From positions 1,984,001-2,048,000 of the forward strand of contig OY760907.1 in assembly GCA_963664195.1 (NCBI GenBank): a DNA stretch of 64,000 bases, in the 5' to 3' direction. Below are positions 1 to 9,438 of the stretch, piece after piece. Each line of letters begins with the position of its first letter. Position 1 is the first letter of the stretch. Origin of the DNA: an uncultured candidate division Zixibacteria bacterium (GTDB taxonomy: Bacteria; Zixibacteria; MSB-5A5; GN15; FEB-12). Made by a program: the position numbers and the translations under genes. The notes below the pieces were generated by a model, which saw only the letters and a list, made by a program, of their open reading frames with translations, did not search any database and had not been told where the DNA came from.

Positions 1-1
1 G

Positions 2-244
2 AAACGGCTGGGAGCCGAGAAGATTTTCATTCCTGCGGCGTTTCCCCGCGAGAGGATCGGCGAATGGCGTGACATGCTGATCGCTCGCGCGAAGGAAGTC
101 AAGCTTCCCGTGGTGGGGATCAATTCGGTCGGCAACGACGGTCACCACGAGTTTGGCGGCTGTTCGATGGTTGTTGCGCCCGATGGTTCCATTTTGGCCG
201 AGGCGGACGAGACTTCAGAGAAAGTGCTTGAACTTATACCATAG
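2..244 (+). CDS. Carbon-nitrogen hydrolase (nitrilase family), 3' partial
   Basis: Hand translation of frame 2: ...IFIPAAFPRERIGEWRDMLIARAKE...VVGINSVG...FGGCSMVVAPDGSILAEA...*; a typical CN_hydrolase C-terminus; runs off the window start. Confidence 0.85.
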   Translation, partial: KRLGAEKIFIPAAFPRERIGEWRDMLIARAKEVKLPVVGINSVGNDGHHEFGGCSMVVAPDGSILAEADETSEKVLELIP

Positions 245-262
245 CTGTACACTGGAAGTGCT

Positions 263-295
263 GACGCCGGACCCCCAGCGGGTTCGGCGTCTTTT
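263..295 (+). terminator. Rho-independent terminator
   Basis: GACGCCGGACCC/GGGTTCGGCGTC stem followed by TTTT, just after the stop. Confidence 0.7.
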
Positions 296-418
296 GTTGA
301 TAGCGGCAACATCCGATTGAATGCGTGGAGAGTATAAAAGAGGTTGAGATTTTGTCTGATAGGTATATCCTGTAGAGATGACCACGCCCTGTAACTCGAA
401 CGTTCCTCCGATGCGCCG

Positions 419-1339
419 ATGAAAAAGCTGCTATCCTATAGCCTGAAAATCGGACTGACTCTGATCGTCCTGTATTTCGTCGGCCGACAGGTCGTGCAGC
501 ACTGGGAACAGGTTGAACAGGCTGATTGGCAATTCGACTGGTTGTATCTCATCCTGTCGCTCGTTTGTGCGCACATAGGCCTCTTCATTTTTGCCGCCAG
601 TTGGGGGGTAGTCGCCAGAGCGTTCGGTCATGCAATAGCGGCACCAATGTCCTACAAGATATTCAACCTGTCGAATCTCGGGCGCTATGTCCCGGGCAAG
701 GTCTGGCAGGTGTTTGGTATGATCTACCTCGCTAAGAAGGCGGGCATGCCGGGGGAAAGGGCGGCAGCGTCGTTTGTGATCGTGCAGCCGTTTGCAATTG
801 CTGCAAGTCTGTTGGTGTACTTCCTGACCGTACAGGTGGAGTCGAGTCTGTTGATTGACAACTTCTCATTTGCCGGTCAGGGGACGGCCTATTTGCTGGG
901 TGGATTGTGCGCGCTCGGGTGTGCCGTGCTGGTGCTGTTCCCGGAGCCGTTTCTGCGGCTAATGAACTACGTTCTCAAGCGTATGGGGCGCGAAACCGCA
1001 AGCTTCGATCTCAAGAAATCGGTTGCCCTGCTTGTGTTTATGGGTTATTTTTGCGGTTGGATTTTCTCCGGACTGGCCTACTGGTTGCTGCTCAAATCGG
1101 TTCTGGGGAGCGGTGCACCTTCGGCGATTGCGTCGATTGGCTTGTACAATATCGCGTACCAGATCGGCTATCTGGCCGTGTTTGCGCCGGGTGGTTTCGG
1201 CCCCCGCGAATTGGTCATGGGTGAGTTGCTCAAGCCGTTTGTCGGCCCCATAGGACCGGCAGTCGCCGTTCTTGCAAGGCTCTGGTCGGTGCTGGTAGAT
1301 GCCACAGCGGCGACAATTGCGCTGTGTATTAAGAAATAG
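419..1339 (+). CDS. Lysylphosphatidylglycerol synthase TM / flippase-like membrane protein
   Basis: Multi-TM; motifs SNLGRYVPGKVW and APGGFGPRE typical of LPG_synthase_TM (UPF0104). Confidence 0.8.
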   Translation: MKKLLSYSLKIGLTLIVLYFVGRQVVQHWEQVEQADWQFDWLYLILSLVCAHIGLFIFAASWGVVARAFGHAIAAPMSYKIFNLSNLGRYVPGKVWQVFGMIYLAKKAGMPGERAAASFVIVQPFAIAASLLVYFLTVQVESSLLIDNFSFAGQGTAYLLGGLCALGCAVLVLFPEPFLRLMNYVLKRMGRETASFDLKKSVALLVFMGYFCGWIFSGLAYWLLLKSVLGSGAPSAIASIGLYNIAYQIGYLAVFAPGGFGPRELVMGELLKPFVGPIGPAVAVLARLWSVLVDATAATIALCIKK

Positions 1340-1361
1340 TCCGAAACCTTCTGGAGTCATT

Positions 1362-3830
1362 TTGGCCAAGAATAGCCGACCTGCCACAGCTCGCAAGAGT
1401 TCACGTTTTGATATCGAATCCAACCGCTGGCTGGTGCCGATCGTCTTCCTCTTCATGTTTTTGGCCCTTGTTGTCCTGTTCAGCGATTTCATCTTCTCCG
1501 ACCAGATGCTGCGAGGATCGGACACGCTTCAGACTGGCTACATGTTTCGGCAGTTCTACGTTGACTATTTCAACGCACACGGTGCGGTCCCACAATGGAT
1601 TCCATACTATTTCGGAGGTATGCCGTACGTCGAAGCATTCCACGGCGACATATTCTATCCGCTGACATTCCTCAAATTCTTTGGTTCGCTCGAACGGATG
1701 CTTGGTTGGTTCCTGTTCTTCCATATCTTCCTGGCCGGCATCTGCATGTATTTCTGTGCCCGCCAGTTCAAGATGTCGAAAATCCCCGCTCTGGTCGCCG
1801 GGGCGGGATACATGTTCGCAGCCTATCTCGTCTCCATGGCAGCCCCCGGCCACGACGGCAAGATGTACGTCACGGCGCTTTTCCCGCTCATGATGCTCTT
1901 CCTCGACAGGGGCTTCGAGAGGAAACCGTTCCTCAATTTCTCGATCCTCGGCGGCGTGATCGGTCTCATCCTGCTGACTCCACACCCGCAAATGTCGTAT
2001 TTCTCGCTATGGGCACTTTCACTCTATTCCGCGTTCAAGCTCATTGTGTTGCTGAGAGAGAAGAAGTCGATTGTCCCGCTGATTCTTCCGGCTTCACTGA
2101 CAACCTACGCGGTTGTGATCGGTCTGCTGATTTCAGCGATTCAGTTCTACCCCGGTTACATGTACACGACCAACGACGGCCCCCGATCTGAATCCAAACG
2201 CGGCTGGGAGTGGGCAACCTCATGGTCATTGCACGAGGAAGAGGTCGCCAGCCTGATTATCCCCGAGTTCGCCGGGACAACCTCGCATACGGCCGAGACC
2301 TACTATTGGGGCAAAAACGTTTTCAAGGACAACGCTGAGACGGTTGCGCCAGTAGTCTTTTTTGCGGCTCTGCTGGGATTCTTGTTCTACCGTCGTAAGG
2401 AATCATACTTTTTTGCCGGTCTGGCGTTGCTGGCGCTCATATACGGACTGGGGGCGACCACGCCCATATTCAAGCTGTTCTTTCTTCTGATACCCAACGT
2501 GGCGTCGATGCGGGCGCCCTCGATGATTATGTTCTTGTTCTCCTTCTCAGCCGCGATGCTGGCTGCGATGGGACTTCAGTGGGTGATCAATCAACGCAAG
2601 GCACAGCCGACGACTATCGACAAGAAATTTACGTACGTGCTGTTTGGCTGGCCGGCGCTTATGCTCTTGTTGGCAGTTCTGTTTTCTGTGGCCGGTAAGG
2701 GCATGCTTGACGCCTGGTGTTCGATCTTCTACAGCGACGCTCCGACTACCATGATCCAGCAGAACTTCAGCAAACTCGATCTGGCGTACATGAACCTTCC
2801 GGCGATCAAAGCCGGTGCCTGGCTGACCTTCTTGTTTACTGCTGTTGCTGCAGCTTGTATTTGGCTGTATCGAACCGGCAAGGCCGGCGTGACCGTTTTG
2901 CTGGCTATCGTAGTCATAGTCGCCGTCAACGGTGTCAGATTCGATGGTCGTTTCCTCAGTCTCGTAGACAGCCGGGAATTCCAGAGCCGTTTCGGCGACA
3001 GTCCGGTGGCGGACTATTTCCTCGAACGCGGCGAGAAGTTTCGGGTGTTGGACCTGACTGCGGTCAACGACAACTCTCTGGCACACCGGGGGGTCGACGT
3101 TGTCGTCGGATACCACGGTAACCAGCTCAAGACCTACGATGTCCTTCTCGGCGGCAAGGAACTGACCAACGTCTATCGTATGAATCCCCGCATGCTGAAC
3201 CTGGTCGGCGCGAAGTACATCCTGTTCCCGGCGGGACGCGGTATGCCACCGGACTATTTCGGTGAGAAACCGTTTACGGCAGTCGCGAATATCGGACAGA
3301 AGTCTTTGTTCAGGAACGACAACGCTCTGCCACGCGTGTTCCTCGTCGATCAGTGCCGCAAGTTCGATTCGGACTCCGCAGTGGTGAACGAAATCCTTAA
3401 CGGCAGTTCGGACATGCGACATATCGCTTACCTGACTGAGAATCCCACGATGGAGCTTCAGCCCGACTCCGCAATGTCCGACACTGCCTGGATCGCCAAC
3501 TACGATATTGATTCCGTCCGTGTCGGCGTGAACGTGACCGGCAACAAGATTCTTGTCCTGACCGACAATTACTACCAGGCCTGGCAAGTGAAGGTTGATG
3601 GCGTTCCGGCGAAATTGCTTCGCGTGTACAACACGTTCCGCGGAGTCGAAGTCCCCGCCGGCACGCGAGAGGTGACATTTGAATATCACTCGCAGCGGTA
3701 CACCACTGCCCGGACCGTGACTTGGGTGACCGTCCTCTATTTGCTGGGCATTCTCGGTTACCAGTTCATGGGAGATCGCCGAAGGAAACGAAACGACGAA
3801 CAGACCAAAGAGAAAGAGACCCAGGAGTGA
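1362..3830 (+). CDS. YfhO-family (GT-C fold) membrane glycosyltransferase
   Basis: WIPYYFGGMP..FYPL N-terminal motif, many TM helices, C-terminal LVLTDNYYQAWQVKVDG...FRGVEVPAG; probable TTG start after GGAG. Confidence 0.85.
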   Translation: MAKNSRPATARKSSRFDIESNRWLVPIVFLFMFLALVVLFSDFIFSDQMLRGSDTLQTGYMFRQFYVDYFNAHGAVPQWIPYYFGGMPYVEAFHGDIFYPLTFLKFFGSLERMLGWFLFFHIFLAGICMYFCARQFKMSKIPALVAGAGYMFAAYLVSMAAPGHDGKMYVTALFPLMMLFLDRGFERKPFLNFSILGGVIGLILLTPHPQMSYFSLWALSLYSAFKLIVLLREKKSIVPLILPASLTTYAVVIGLLISAIQFYPGYMYTTNDGPRSESKRGWEWATSWSLHEEEVASLIIPEFAGTTSHTAETYYWGKNVFKDNAETVAPVVFFAALLGFLFYRRKESYFFAGLALLALIYGLGATTPIFKLFFLLIPNVASMRAPSMIMFLFSFSAAMLAAMGLQWVINQRKAQPTTIDKKFTYVLFGWPALMLLLAVLFSVAGKGMLDAWCSIFYSDAPTTMIQQNFSKLDLAYMNLPAIKAGAWLTFLFTAVAAACIWLYRTGKAGVTVLLAIVVIVAVNGVRFDGRFLSLVDSREFQSRFGDSPVADYFLERGEKFRVLDLTAVNDNSLAHRGVDVVVGYHGNQLKTYDVLLGGKELTNVYRMNPRMLNLVGAKYILFPAGRGMPPDYFGEKPFTAVANIGQKSLFRNDNALPRVFLVDQCRKFDSDSAVVNEILNGSSDMRHIAYLTENPTMELQPDSAMSDTAWIANYDIDSVRVGVNVTGNKILVLTDNYYQAWQVKVDGVPAKLLRVYNTFRGVEVPAGTREVTFEYHSQRYTTARTVTWVTVLYLLGILGYQFMGDRRRKRNDEQTKEKETQE

Positions 3831-4555
3831 CCCAGGCCCAACGAGCACTTATCATATTTCCGACGTACAACGAGAAGGACAACATCCAGAAAATCGTACA
3901 CGCTGTCCTCCCGCTCGATTTGCGCATTAACGTGTTGATCGTCGATGACAATTCTCCCGACGGAACCGGCGATCTTGCCGACCGGTTGTCCTCCGGACAC
4001 GACCGGGTACACGTGATGCATCGAGAGAAGAAGGAGGGCCTGGGCAAAGCATACCTGGCCGGATTTCGATGGGCTATCGAGCACAAGTACGATTTTATCA
4101 TGGAAATGGATGCCGACTTTTCCCACGGTCCCGAGTATATCAAGGACTTTCTTCGAGAGATACAAAACAATGATCTGGTGATCGGCTCACGGTATATTTC
4201 AGGCGTGAATGTAATCAACTGGCCGATGTCCCGTCTGCTGCTCTCATACTATGCCAATGTCTACACACGGGTTGTCACCGGCCTCCCGCTTAGAGATGGC
4301 ACCGGCGGATTCAAGTGTTTTCGCCGCGAGGTGCTCGAAGCGATCAATCTCGATGATGTCCAGTCGTCCGGCTACTCCTTTCAGATTGAGATGTCCATGC
4401 GGGTGTGGAAAAAGGGCTTCAGAATCAAGGAGATTCCGATCATTTTCGTCGACCGTGTTGCCGGATCATCCAAGATGTCAAAGAAGATCATGCGGGAAGC
4501 GATCTGGATGGTCTGGGCGCTGAGACTCAAAGCAATGTTCGGTAGGCTGAGTTAG
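3827..4555 (+). CDS. Polyprenol monophosphomannose synthase (DPM1/Ppm1-like GT2)
   Basis: PTYNEKDN, VDDNSPDGT, MDADFSH, GSRY, GYSFQIE; GTG start overlaps the upstream stop (GTGA). Confidence 0.92.
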   Translation: MTQAQRALIIFPTYNEKDNIQKIVHAVLPLDLRINVLIVDDNSPDGTGDLADRLSSGHDRVHVMHREKKEGLGKAYLAGFRWAIEHKYDFIMEMDADFSHGPEYIKDFLREIQNNDLVIGSRYISGVNVINWPMSRLLLSYYANVYTRVVTGLPLRDGTGGFKCFRREVLEAINLDDVQSSGYSFQIEMSMRVWKKGFRIKEIPIIFVDRVAGSSKMSKKIMREAIWMVWALRLKAMFGRLS

Positions 4556-4569
4556 GTCAGGTCTGACGG

Positions 4570-5424
4570 GTGACTTCACCTGAACCACAAGTATCGATAG
4601 TAGTCGTTACGCATAATTCGCTGCCGGCCCTGACATTGTGTCTGGATTCGCTGGTGGAAGAAATGCTCTCAATCCCCTGCGAATTGATCGTTGTCGACAA
4701 CGCCTCAGAGGATGCCTCGCGTGAAGAGGTTGCCAAACGATTTCCCCGGGCAAACATAATAGCCAACGATTCCAATCTTGGCTTCGCCGCTGCCTGCAAT
4801 CTGGGGGCGAAAGAAGCTAACACCGAATATCTGCTGTTTCTCAATCCCGATGTCCAGATTGATCCGGGTGCAGTTGGGAAGCTAAGAAAAGTGTTCGATT
4901 CCCGGCGCGATGTCGGACTGGTCGCCGGGCGGATGCGGCATCCGGACGGACGGTTTCAGGCTACCTGTCGACGGTTCCCTACCGCCGGTAACATGCTGTT
5001 CTCGCGAGGTTCGGTGTTGTCACGTCTGTTTGACAGGGAAGGGACATACACGCTGGCGGATCATGCCGAGACGACCGAGGTCCCGGCCGTGGCGGCCACA
5101 ATGCTGCTGATGAAGCGCAAGTTGTTCGAAGACGCAGGTGGCTTCGACACACGGTTTTTCATGTATATGGAAGATACGGATCTCTCGCTGAGAGTGACTC
5201 AGACAGGCTACGTGAACTTCTTTGTCCCGTCGGCGGGGGGAATCCATGTGTGGGGGCAGGGGAGCAAGGCGGGTAAAGCCGCGCGACGCTGGCAGCATCA
5301 TTGGTCGGTCTGGAAGTATTTTCTGAAGCACTCACCAAACGGATTTTCTTTGTTGGTTCTGCCGGCATTGCTTCTGGTGAACCTTCTGCTATCAACACTC
5401 TTTCAGCGCTCAGGGGAGGAGTAG
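4570..5424 (+). CDS. Glycosyltransferase family 2 (rhamnosyltransferase-like)
   Basis: VVDNAS, NLGFAAACN, FLNPD, GFDTRFFMYMEDTDL. Confidence 0.9.
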   Translation: MTSPEPQVSIVVVTHNSLPALTLCLDSLVEEMLSIPCELIVVDNASEDASREEVAKRFPRANIIANDSNLGFAAACNLGAKEANTEYLLFLNPDVQIDPGAVGKLRKVFDSRRDVGLVAGRMRHPDGRFQATCRRFPTAGNMLFSRGSVLSRLFDREGTYTLADHAETTEVPAVAATMLLMKRKLFEDAGGFDTRFFMYMEDTDLSLRVTQTGYVNFFVPSAGGIHVWGQGSKAGKAARRWQHHWSVWKYFLKHSPNGFSLLVLPALLLVNLLLSTLFQRSGEE

Positions 5425-5429
5425 CCGGT

Positions 5430-6503
5430 ATGTTTGCCGAGTTTGCTCTTGTCCCTCTTCTGGCCAGTGTGCTGCTGACCCTCATTATCGTCAGGCCGGC
5501 GCTCCGTCTTGCCGGGCGACTGGATCTGATTGACAAACCTGGTTTGCATAAACGCCACAAACATCCGGTACCTGTTGTCGGAGGTCTGGTTCTGTTTGCG
5601 GCTGTGTGGGGAGCAGTAGGACTTACCTGGCTCATATTCCCCTCACTTGTCAGCGACATGGCGGAATCGCTTCGGTACATCTTCGCCGGAGCGCTTATCA
5701 TATTCCTTGTCGGGCTGTCAGACGACTTGTCGGCGCTTTCAGCTGCCGTGAAGCTCGTAGCTCAAGTGGCAGCCGGGCTGGTGCTCTTTCTCGGCGGGCT
5801 GGAGATCAACCCTGTTTCGATACCCTTTATGGGGGCGTATGACATCGGCTGGGCGTCAGCGCTGATAACAATCGTTTGGGTTGTCGGCTTAACCAACGCA
5901 ATCAACCTGATCGACGGTCTCGACGGCCTTGCCGCCGGAGTCTCACTGATAGCTGCAATAACGATGGTATTGATCGGCAACTTGTACGCGGCGGGCGACG
6001 TGATGTTGTTTGCGTACATCCTGATCGGCTTTCTGGCGGTGTTCTTGTTCTACAATCACTATCCGGCGAAGGCGTTCTTAGGGGACTCCGGATCACTTCA
6101 GATCGGCTTCTACTTCGCGGTAATATCGCTGCTTGTGCCGCTCAAGTCCTTCACCACAGCGGCGTTGTATCTGCCGTTACTGGCTCTGGGCGTGCCGCTT
6201 CTGGAGACGACAATCTCAATAACGCGTCGTTTTATGGCCGGAAAACCGATCATGAAGGCCGACCGTCGACACCTCTTCCATTACCTGGCCCTCGCCGGTC
6301 TGTCGCCCCGGACAATCGTGACAATTTTCTACATTCTGTCAGTTTTCTTCGGTCTTTTCGCGCTCGCCATGTATTACTGGGACCGTCTGTTGGTGTTCGG
6401 CCTGCTGATCCTTTTTATGGTTGTTATTTTCACGTTATTCTTTATCTTTATGGCCGGTTTGAATCGGCCGGGCAGACGCCCACATGGGTACGACGGTAAA
6501 TAG
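5430..6503 (+). CDS. Undecaprenyl-phosphate GlcNAc-1-phosphate transferase (WecA/TagO, MraY-like)
   Basis: DKPGLHKRH, GLSDD, TNAINLIDGLDGL, FLGDSGS, ADRRHLFH. Confidence 0.9.
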   Translation: MFAEFALVPLLASVLLTLIIVRPALRLAGRLDLIDKPGLHKRHKHPVPVVGGLVLFAAVWGAVGLTWLIFPSLVSDMAESLRYIFAGALIIFLVGLSDDLSALSAAVKLVAQVAAGLVLFLGGLEINPVSIPFMGAYDIGWASALITIVWVVGLTNAINLIDGLDGLAAGVSLIAAITMVLIGNLYAAGDVMLFAYILIGFLAVFLFYNHYPAKAFLGDSGSLQIGFYFAVISLLVPLKSFTTAALYLPLLALGVPLLETTISITRRFMAGKPIMKADRRHLFHYLALAGLSPRTIVTIFYILSVFFGLFALAMYYWDRLLVFGLLILFMVVIFTLFFIFMAGLNRPGRRPHGYDGK

Positions 6504-6529
6504 CTGATTGAGAATGGATTGCCTTTCGT

Positions 6530-7495
6530 ATGAGCGATGGACAGCACCATCTGGATTTTGAGCGACCGATAGTCGAGTTGCAGAAGAAAATCTCCGATAT
6601 GAAGGACTTCTCTATCGGGGAAAACATCGAACTCGATGACGAAATCGTCTCAATGCAGGAGAAACTGCAGAACCTGCGGGAAGAAGTCTATTCCAAGCTG
6701 ACCCGTTGGCAGCGTGTGCAAATCTCACGCCACCCGAAACGCCCCCACACGCTTGACTATATCAATATGATGACCACGGAGTTTATTGAACTCCACGGTG
6801 ATCGGTACTTTGCCGACGACAAGGCGCTGGTGGCCGGGCTTGCACGGTTCGATGGCGATCCGGTGATGGTCATGGGGCAGCAGAAGGGGCGCGATACCAA
6901 GACCAAGCTGTACCGCAATTTCGGTATGGCCAACCCCGAAGGGTACCGCAAAGCGCGCCGGATGTTCTATCTCGCCGAGAAATTCAACATTCCCATTCTC
7001 ATTTTTATCGATACTCCGGGAGCATTCCCGGGGATCGGCGCCGAAGAGCGAGGTCAGGCCGAGGCTATCGCTAAGAATATTCAGGTCATGTTCCAGATCA
7101 AAGTGCCTATCGTCGTGGTGATTATCGGCGAGGGTGCCTCCGGCGGTGCGCTGGGGATTGGAGTCGGTGACCGTGTGTATATGCTTGAATACTCCTGGTA
7201 CTCAGTGATATCACCCGAAGGCTGTGCGGCCATTCTCTGGCGCGATGCGGCCAAGGCACCCGAAGCAGCCGAAGCGTTGAAAGTGGTCTCGGACGACTTG
7301 TTGAATATGAAGATTATCGACGCGATTATTCCGGAGCCGCCGAGCGGCGCGCACAATAATCCGGCAGAGGCGGTTGGGCTTGTCAAAGAACAGGTCAAAG
7401 AGGCTTTCGAGGAGCTTAAGGGCAAGTCAGTAGATGAACTGCTGGCTGAACGACTTCGGAAATACCGGGTCATGGGAGAGTACAAGGAGTCATGA
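6530..7495 (+). CDS. accA: Acetyl-CoA carboxylase carboxyltransferase subunit alpha
   Basis: LDFERPI, SRHPKRP, ELHGDR, PEGYRKA, DTPGAFPGIGAEERGQ, SVISPEGCA. Confidence 0.97.
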   Translation: MSDGQHHLDFERPIVELQKKISDMKDFSIGENIELDDEIVSMQEKLQNLREEVYSKLTRWQRVQISRHPKRPHTLDYINMMTTEFIELHGDRYFADDKALVAGLARFDGDPVMVMGQQKGRDTKTKLYRNFGMANPEGYRKARRMFYLAEKFNIPILIFIDTPGAFPGIGAEERGQAEAIAKNIQVMFQIKVPIVVVIIGEGASGGALGIGVGDRVYMLEYSWYSVISPEGCAAILWRDAAKAPEAAEALKVVSDDLLNMKIIDAIIPEPPSGAHNNPAEAVGLVKEQVKEAFEELKGKSVDELLAERLRKYRVMGEYKES

Positions 7496-7662
7496 TGTCT
7501 TTACCAGAGCTGCTAGTCGCCAAACTGGCCTGTCCCAATTGTTATCAACCGCTCGATTATCATGGCAAGGACGACCGGCTGGAGTGTCTCAAGTGCGAAA
7601 TTGCATACCGTGTTGTCGAAGACATCCCGGTGTTGCAGCTTAAAGAAGCCGAAAAACTGTAA
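7492..7662 (+). CDS. Trm112-family (YcaR-like) small zinc-ribbon protein
   Basis: Not in the ORF track; hand translation MMSLPELLVAKLACPNCYQPLDY...LECLKCEIAYRVVEDIPVL; ATGA overlap with the accA stop. Confidence 0.85.
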   Translation: MMSLPELLVAKLACPNCYQPLDYHGKDDRLECLKCEIAYRVVEDIPVLQLKEAEKL

Positions 7663-7673
7663 CGTAGGTATTT

Positions 7674-8129
7674 ATGATGAAACTGTCGAAGTTCTGCGAC
7701 GAGAATCTTGTCATCTTTGATATGAAGGCCACGAACAAAGAAGAGGCCATCTCTGAACTGGTGATGTTGGCTGCTAGTTCCAACATGATCAAAGATGGTG
7801 ATCAACTGCTTGGCGATGTCATGGAGCGCGAAGAACTCGTCACTACCGGGGTCGGCTATGGAGTGGCCTTTCCGCACGCCAAGACTCGATCGGCCAAGGG
7901 TATTGTCATCGCGTTCGGTCGGTCCGAAAAAGGGATTGAGTTTGATGCCATGGACCACAAGCCGGTACGCCTGTTCTTCCTCATCGCCGCACCCGAGGAC
8001 GCGATTGGCGCACACTTAAACGTAATGGCCAGGCTTTCGTATCTGATGAAGTCCGAGGATAATCGCGAAGTGCTCAAAAAGGCCACCTCGCAGGGCGAAG
8101 TTTTGGAACTGATAGACAAGCTGGACTGA
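7674..8129 (+). CDS. PTS EIIA component (fructose/nitrogen-regulatory PtsN-like)
   Basis: REELVTTGVGYGVAFPHAK with the phospho-His; FDAMDHKPV. Confidence 0.92.
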   Translation: MMKLSKFCDENLVIFDMKATNKEEAISELVMLAASSNMIKDGDQLLGDVMEREELVTTGVGYGVAFPHAKTRSAKGIVIAFGRSEKGIEFDAMDHKPVRLFFLIAAPEDAIGAHLNVMARLSYLMKSEDNREVLKKATSQGEVLELIDKLD

Positions 8130-8159
8130 TTCTCCCCTCGCGGGGAGGCTGCCTGACGT

Positions 8160-8951
8160 ATGAAATGGATTTCCAACCTCTTTGGCAAGTACTGGCGAAA
8201 CGTCCACCTCTCAGCGATACTGGTGCTGTCCCTCGTCCTGATCTTCGGGGGAAGCCGGGTCACCGGTCTGGTCAACGGCGTCATCGTAACTACGTTTCAT
8301 TATCCCTTCTTCAAGATTAAAACTACCGTAGAGGATCTGCTGACGGTCAATCAGGAAAACGAGCGTTTGCAGCTCGCTCTGGTGGAGGCCTCACGCAAAC
8401 TCTCTCTGCTCGGAGAGATTGAGCGCGAGAACCTCAGGCTTCGCACGGTACTCGGTTTTGAACCGCCGGCCGGATACACGCTTGTTCCCGCCAAAGTCAT
8501 CGCTACCATAGGCGAAGGTCTTCCGATCGCGGCCATTATCAATCGCGGTACGACCGACTCCATTCTGGTCGACCAGCCGCTGATAAACGAGCAGGGCCTG
8601 ATCGGTCGAATCATCTCAGTTTCTCCGCACACGGCTACTGTTCAGCTTCTCACCGATCCGGCGCATCGAGCTGCCGTCAGAGTCGCCGACAGTCGCGAGA
8701 TGGGCATAGTCAAATACCGCGTTTCCGATGGGCTGATCCTCGACAATTTCCCGGTACAGGGAAGTATCGTCGTGGGCAATCTCCTCATGTCCTCCGGACT
8801 GGGCGGCATATATCCACCCGGGCTTGTGGTCGGGACGATTACTTCAGTTGTCCGACCCGAGGATGAGCCTTTCTGCGAGATACGCGTTGAATCCGCCGCC
8901 AACTTCAATTCTCTGGAAGAGCTTTTCGTTCTGAAGGCGAGCAGCCTATGA
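8160..8951 (+). CDS. mreC: Rod shape-determining protein MreC
   Basis: N-terminal TM, coiled coil ENERL, GLIGRI, SSGLGGIYPPGL. Confidence 0.93.
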   Translation: MKWISNLFGKYWRNVHLSAILVLSLVLIFGGSRVTGLVNGVIVTTFHYPFFKIKTTVEDLLTVNQENERLQLALVEASRKLSLLGEIERENLRLRTVLGFEPPAGYTLVPAKVIATIGEGLPIAAIINRGTTDSILVDQPLINEQGLIGRIISVSPHTATVQLLTDPAHRAAVRVADSREMGIVKYRVSDGLILDNFPVQGSIVVGNLLMSSGLGGIYPPGLVVGTITSVVRPEDEPFCEIRVESAANFNSLEELFVLKASSL

Positions 8952-9430
8952 GAGCTATCCCTTACGTCGTATATCTTCTGTTGATTGCCCTGCACGTGGT
9001 CATTCTCCATGATGTGATGGCTGTCTATGGGGCGGTTATCAGCCTCCCGGCATTTCTCGTGTTGACCGTGGCCTTATATAGAGATGAGATACCGGCTACC
9101 TGGTTCGGTTTTGCCGCCGGGCTTGTTGCGGCAGCCGGAATGCCCTCGGTTGGCTGGCAGGCACTACTGATGGCGGCGCTTGCTCTTGTTGCCAGTCGCA
9201 TCAAGGTGCGGCTGAACCTGGATGCGCTCAAGGCCCGTATGCTGCTGGTAGCGGCTGGAGTGCTGGTGCATAATTGCATTACGCTGCTAATCAACCAGCC
9301 TGAAGGGTTCTTGACGATGTTATGGACGACCGCTCTGACAAGTACTGCCTACACGATGGTTCTCGCCTGGCTGTTTTTCCTGAACCGTCAGGGCACGCTG
9401 ACCTGGCAGAAGGTGAAATCAATCTTCTAA
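8948..9430 (+). CDS. mreD: Rod shape-determining protein MreD (divergent)
   Basis: 160 aa multi-TM protein between mreC and pbp2; GFAAGL motif. Confidence 0.75.
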   Translation: MRAIPYVVYLLLIALHVVILHDVMAVYGAVISLPAFLVLTVALYRDEIPATWFGFAAGLVAAAGMPSVGWQALLMAALALVASRIKVRLNLDALKARMLLVAAGVLVHNCITLLINQPEGFLTMLWTTALTSTAYTMVLAWLFFLNRQGTLTWQKVKSIF

Positions 9431-9438
9431 GGCAAACC

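Noticed and set aside
2547..3848. Long antisense ORFs (433 aa here; also 14856-15821, 18844-19680, 42793-43581)
   Set aside because: Shadow frames of well-supported GC-rich genes, with no recognisable motifs
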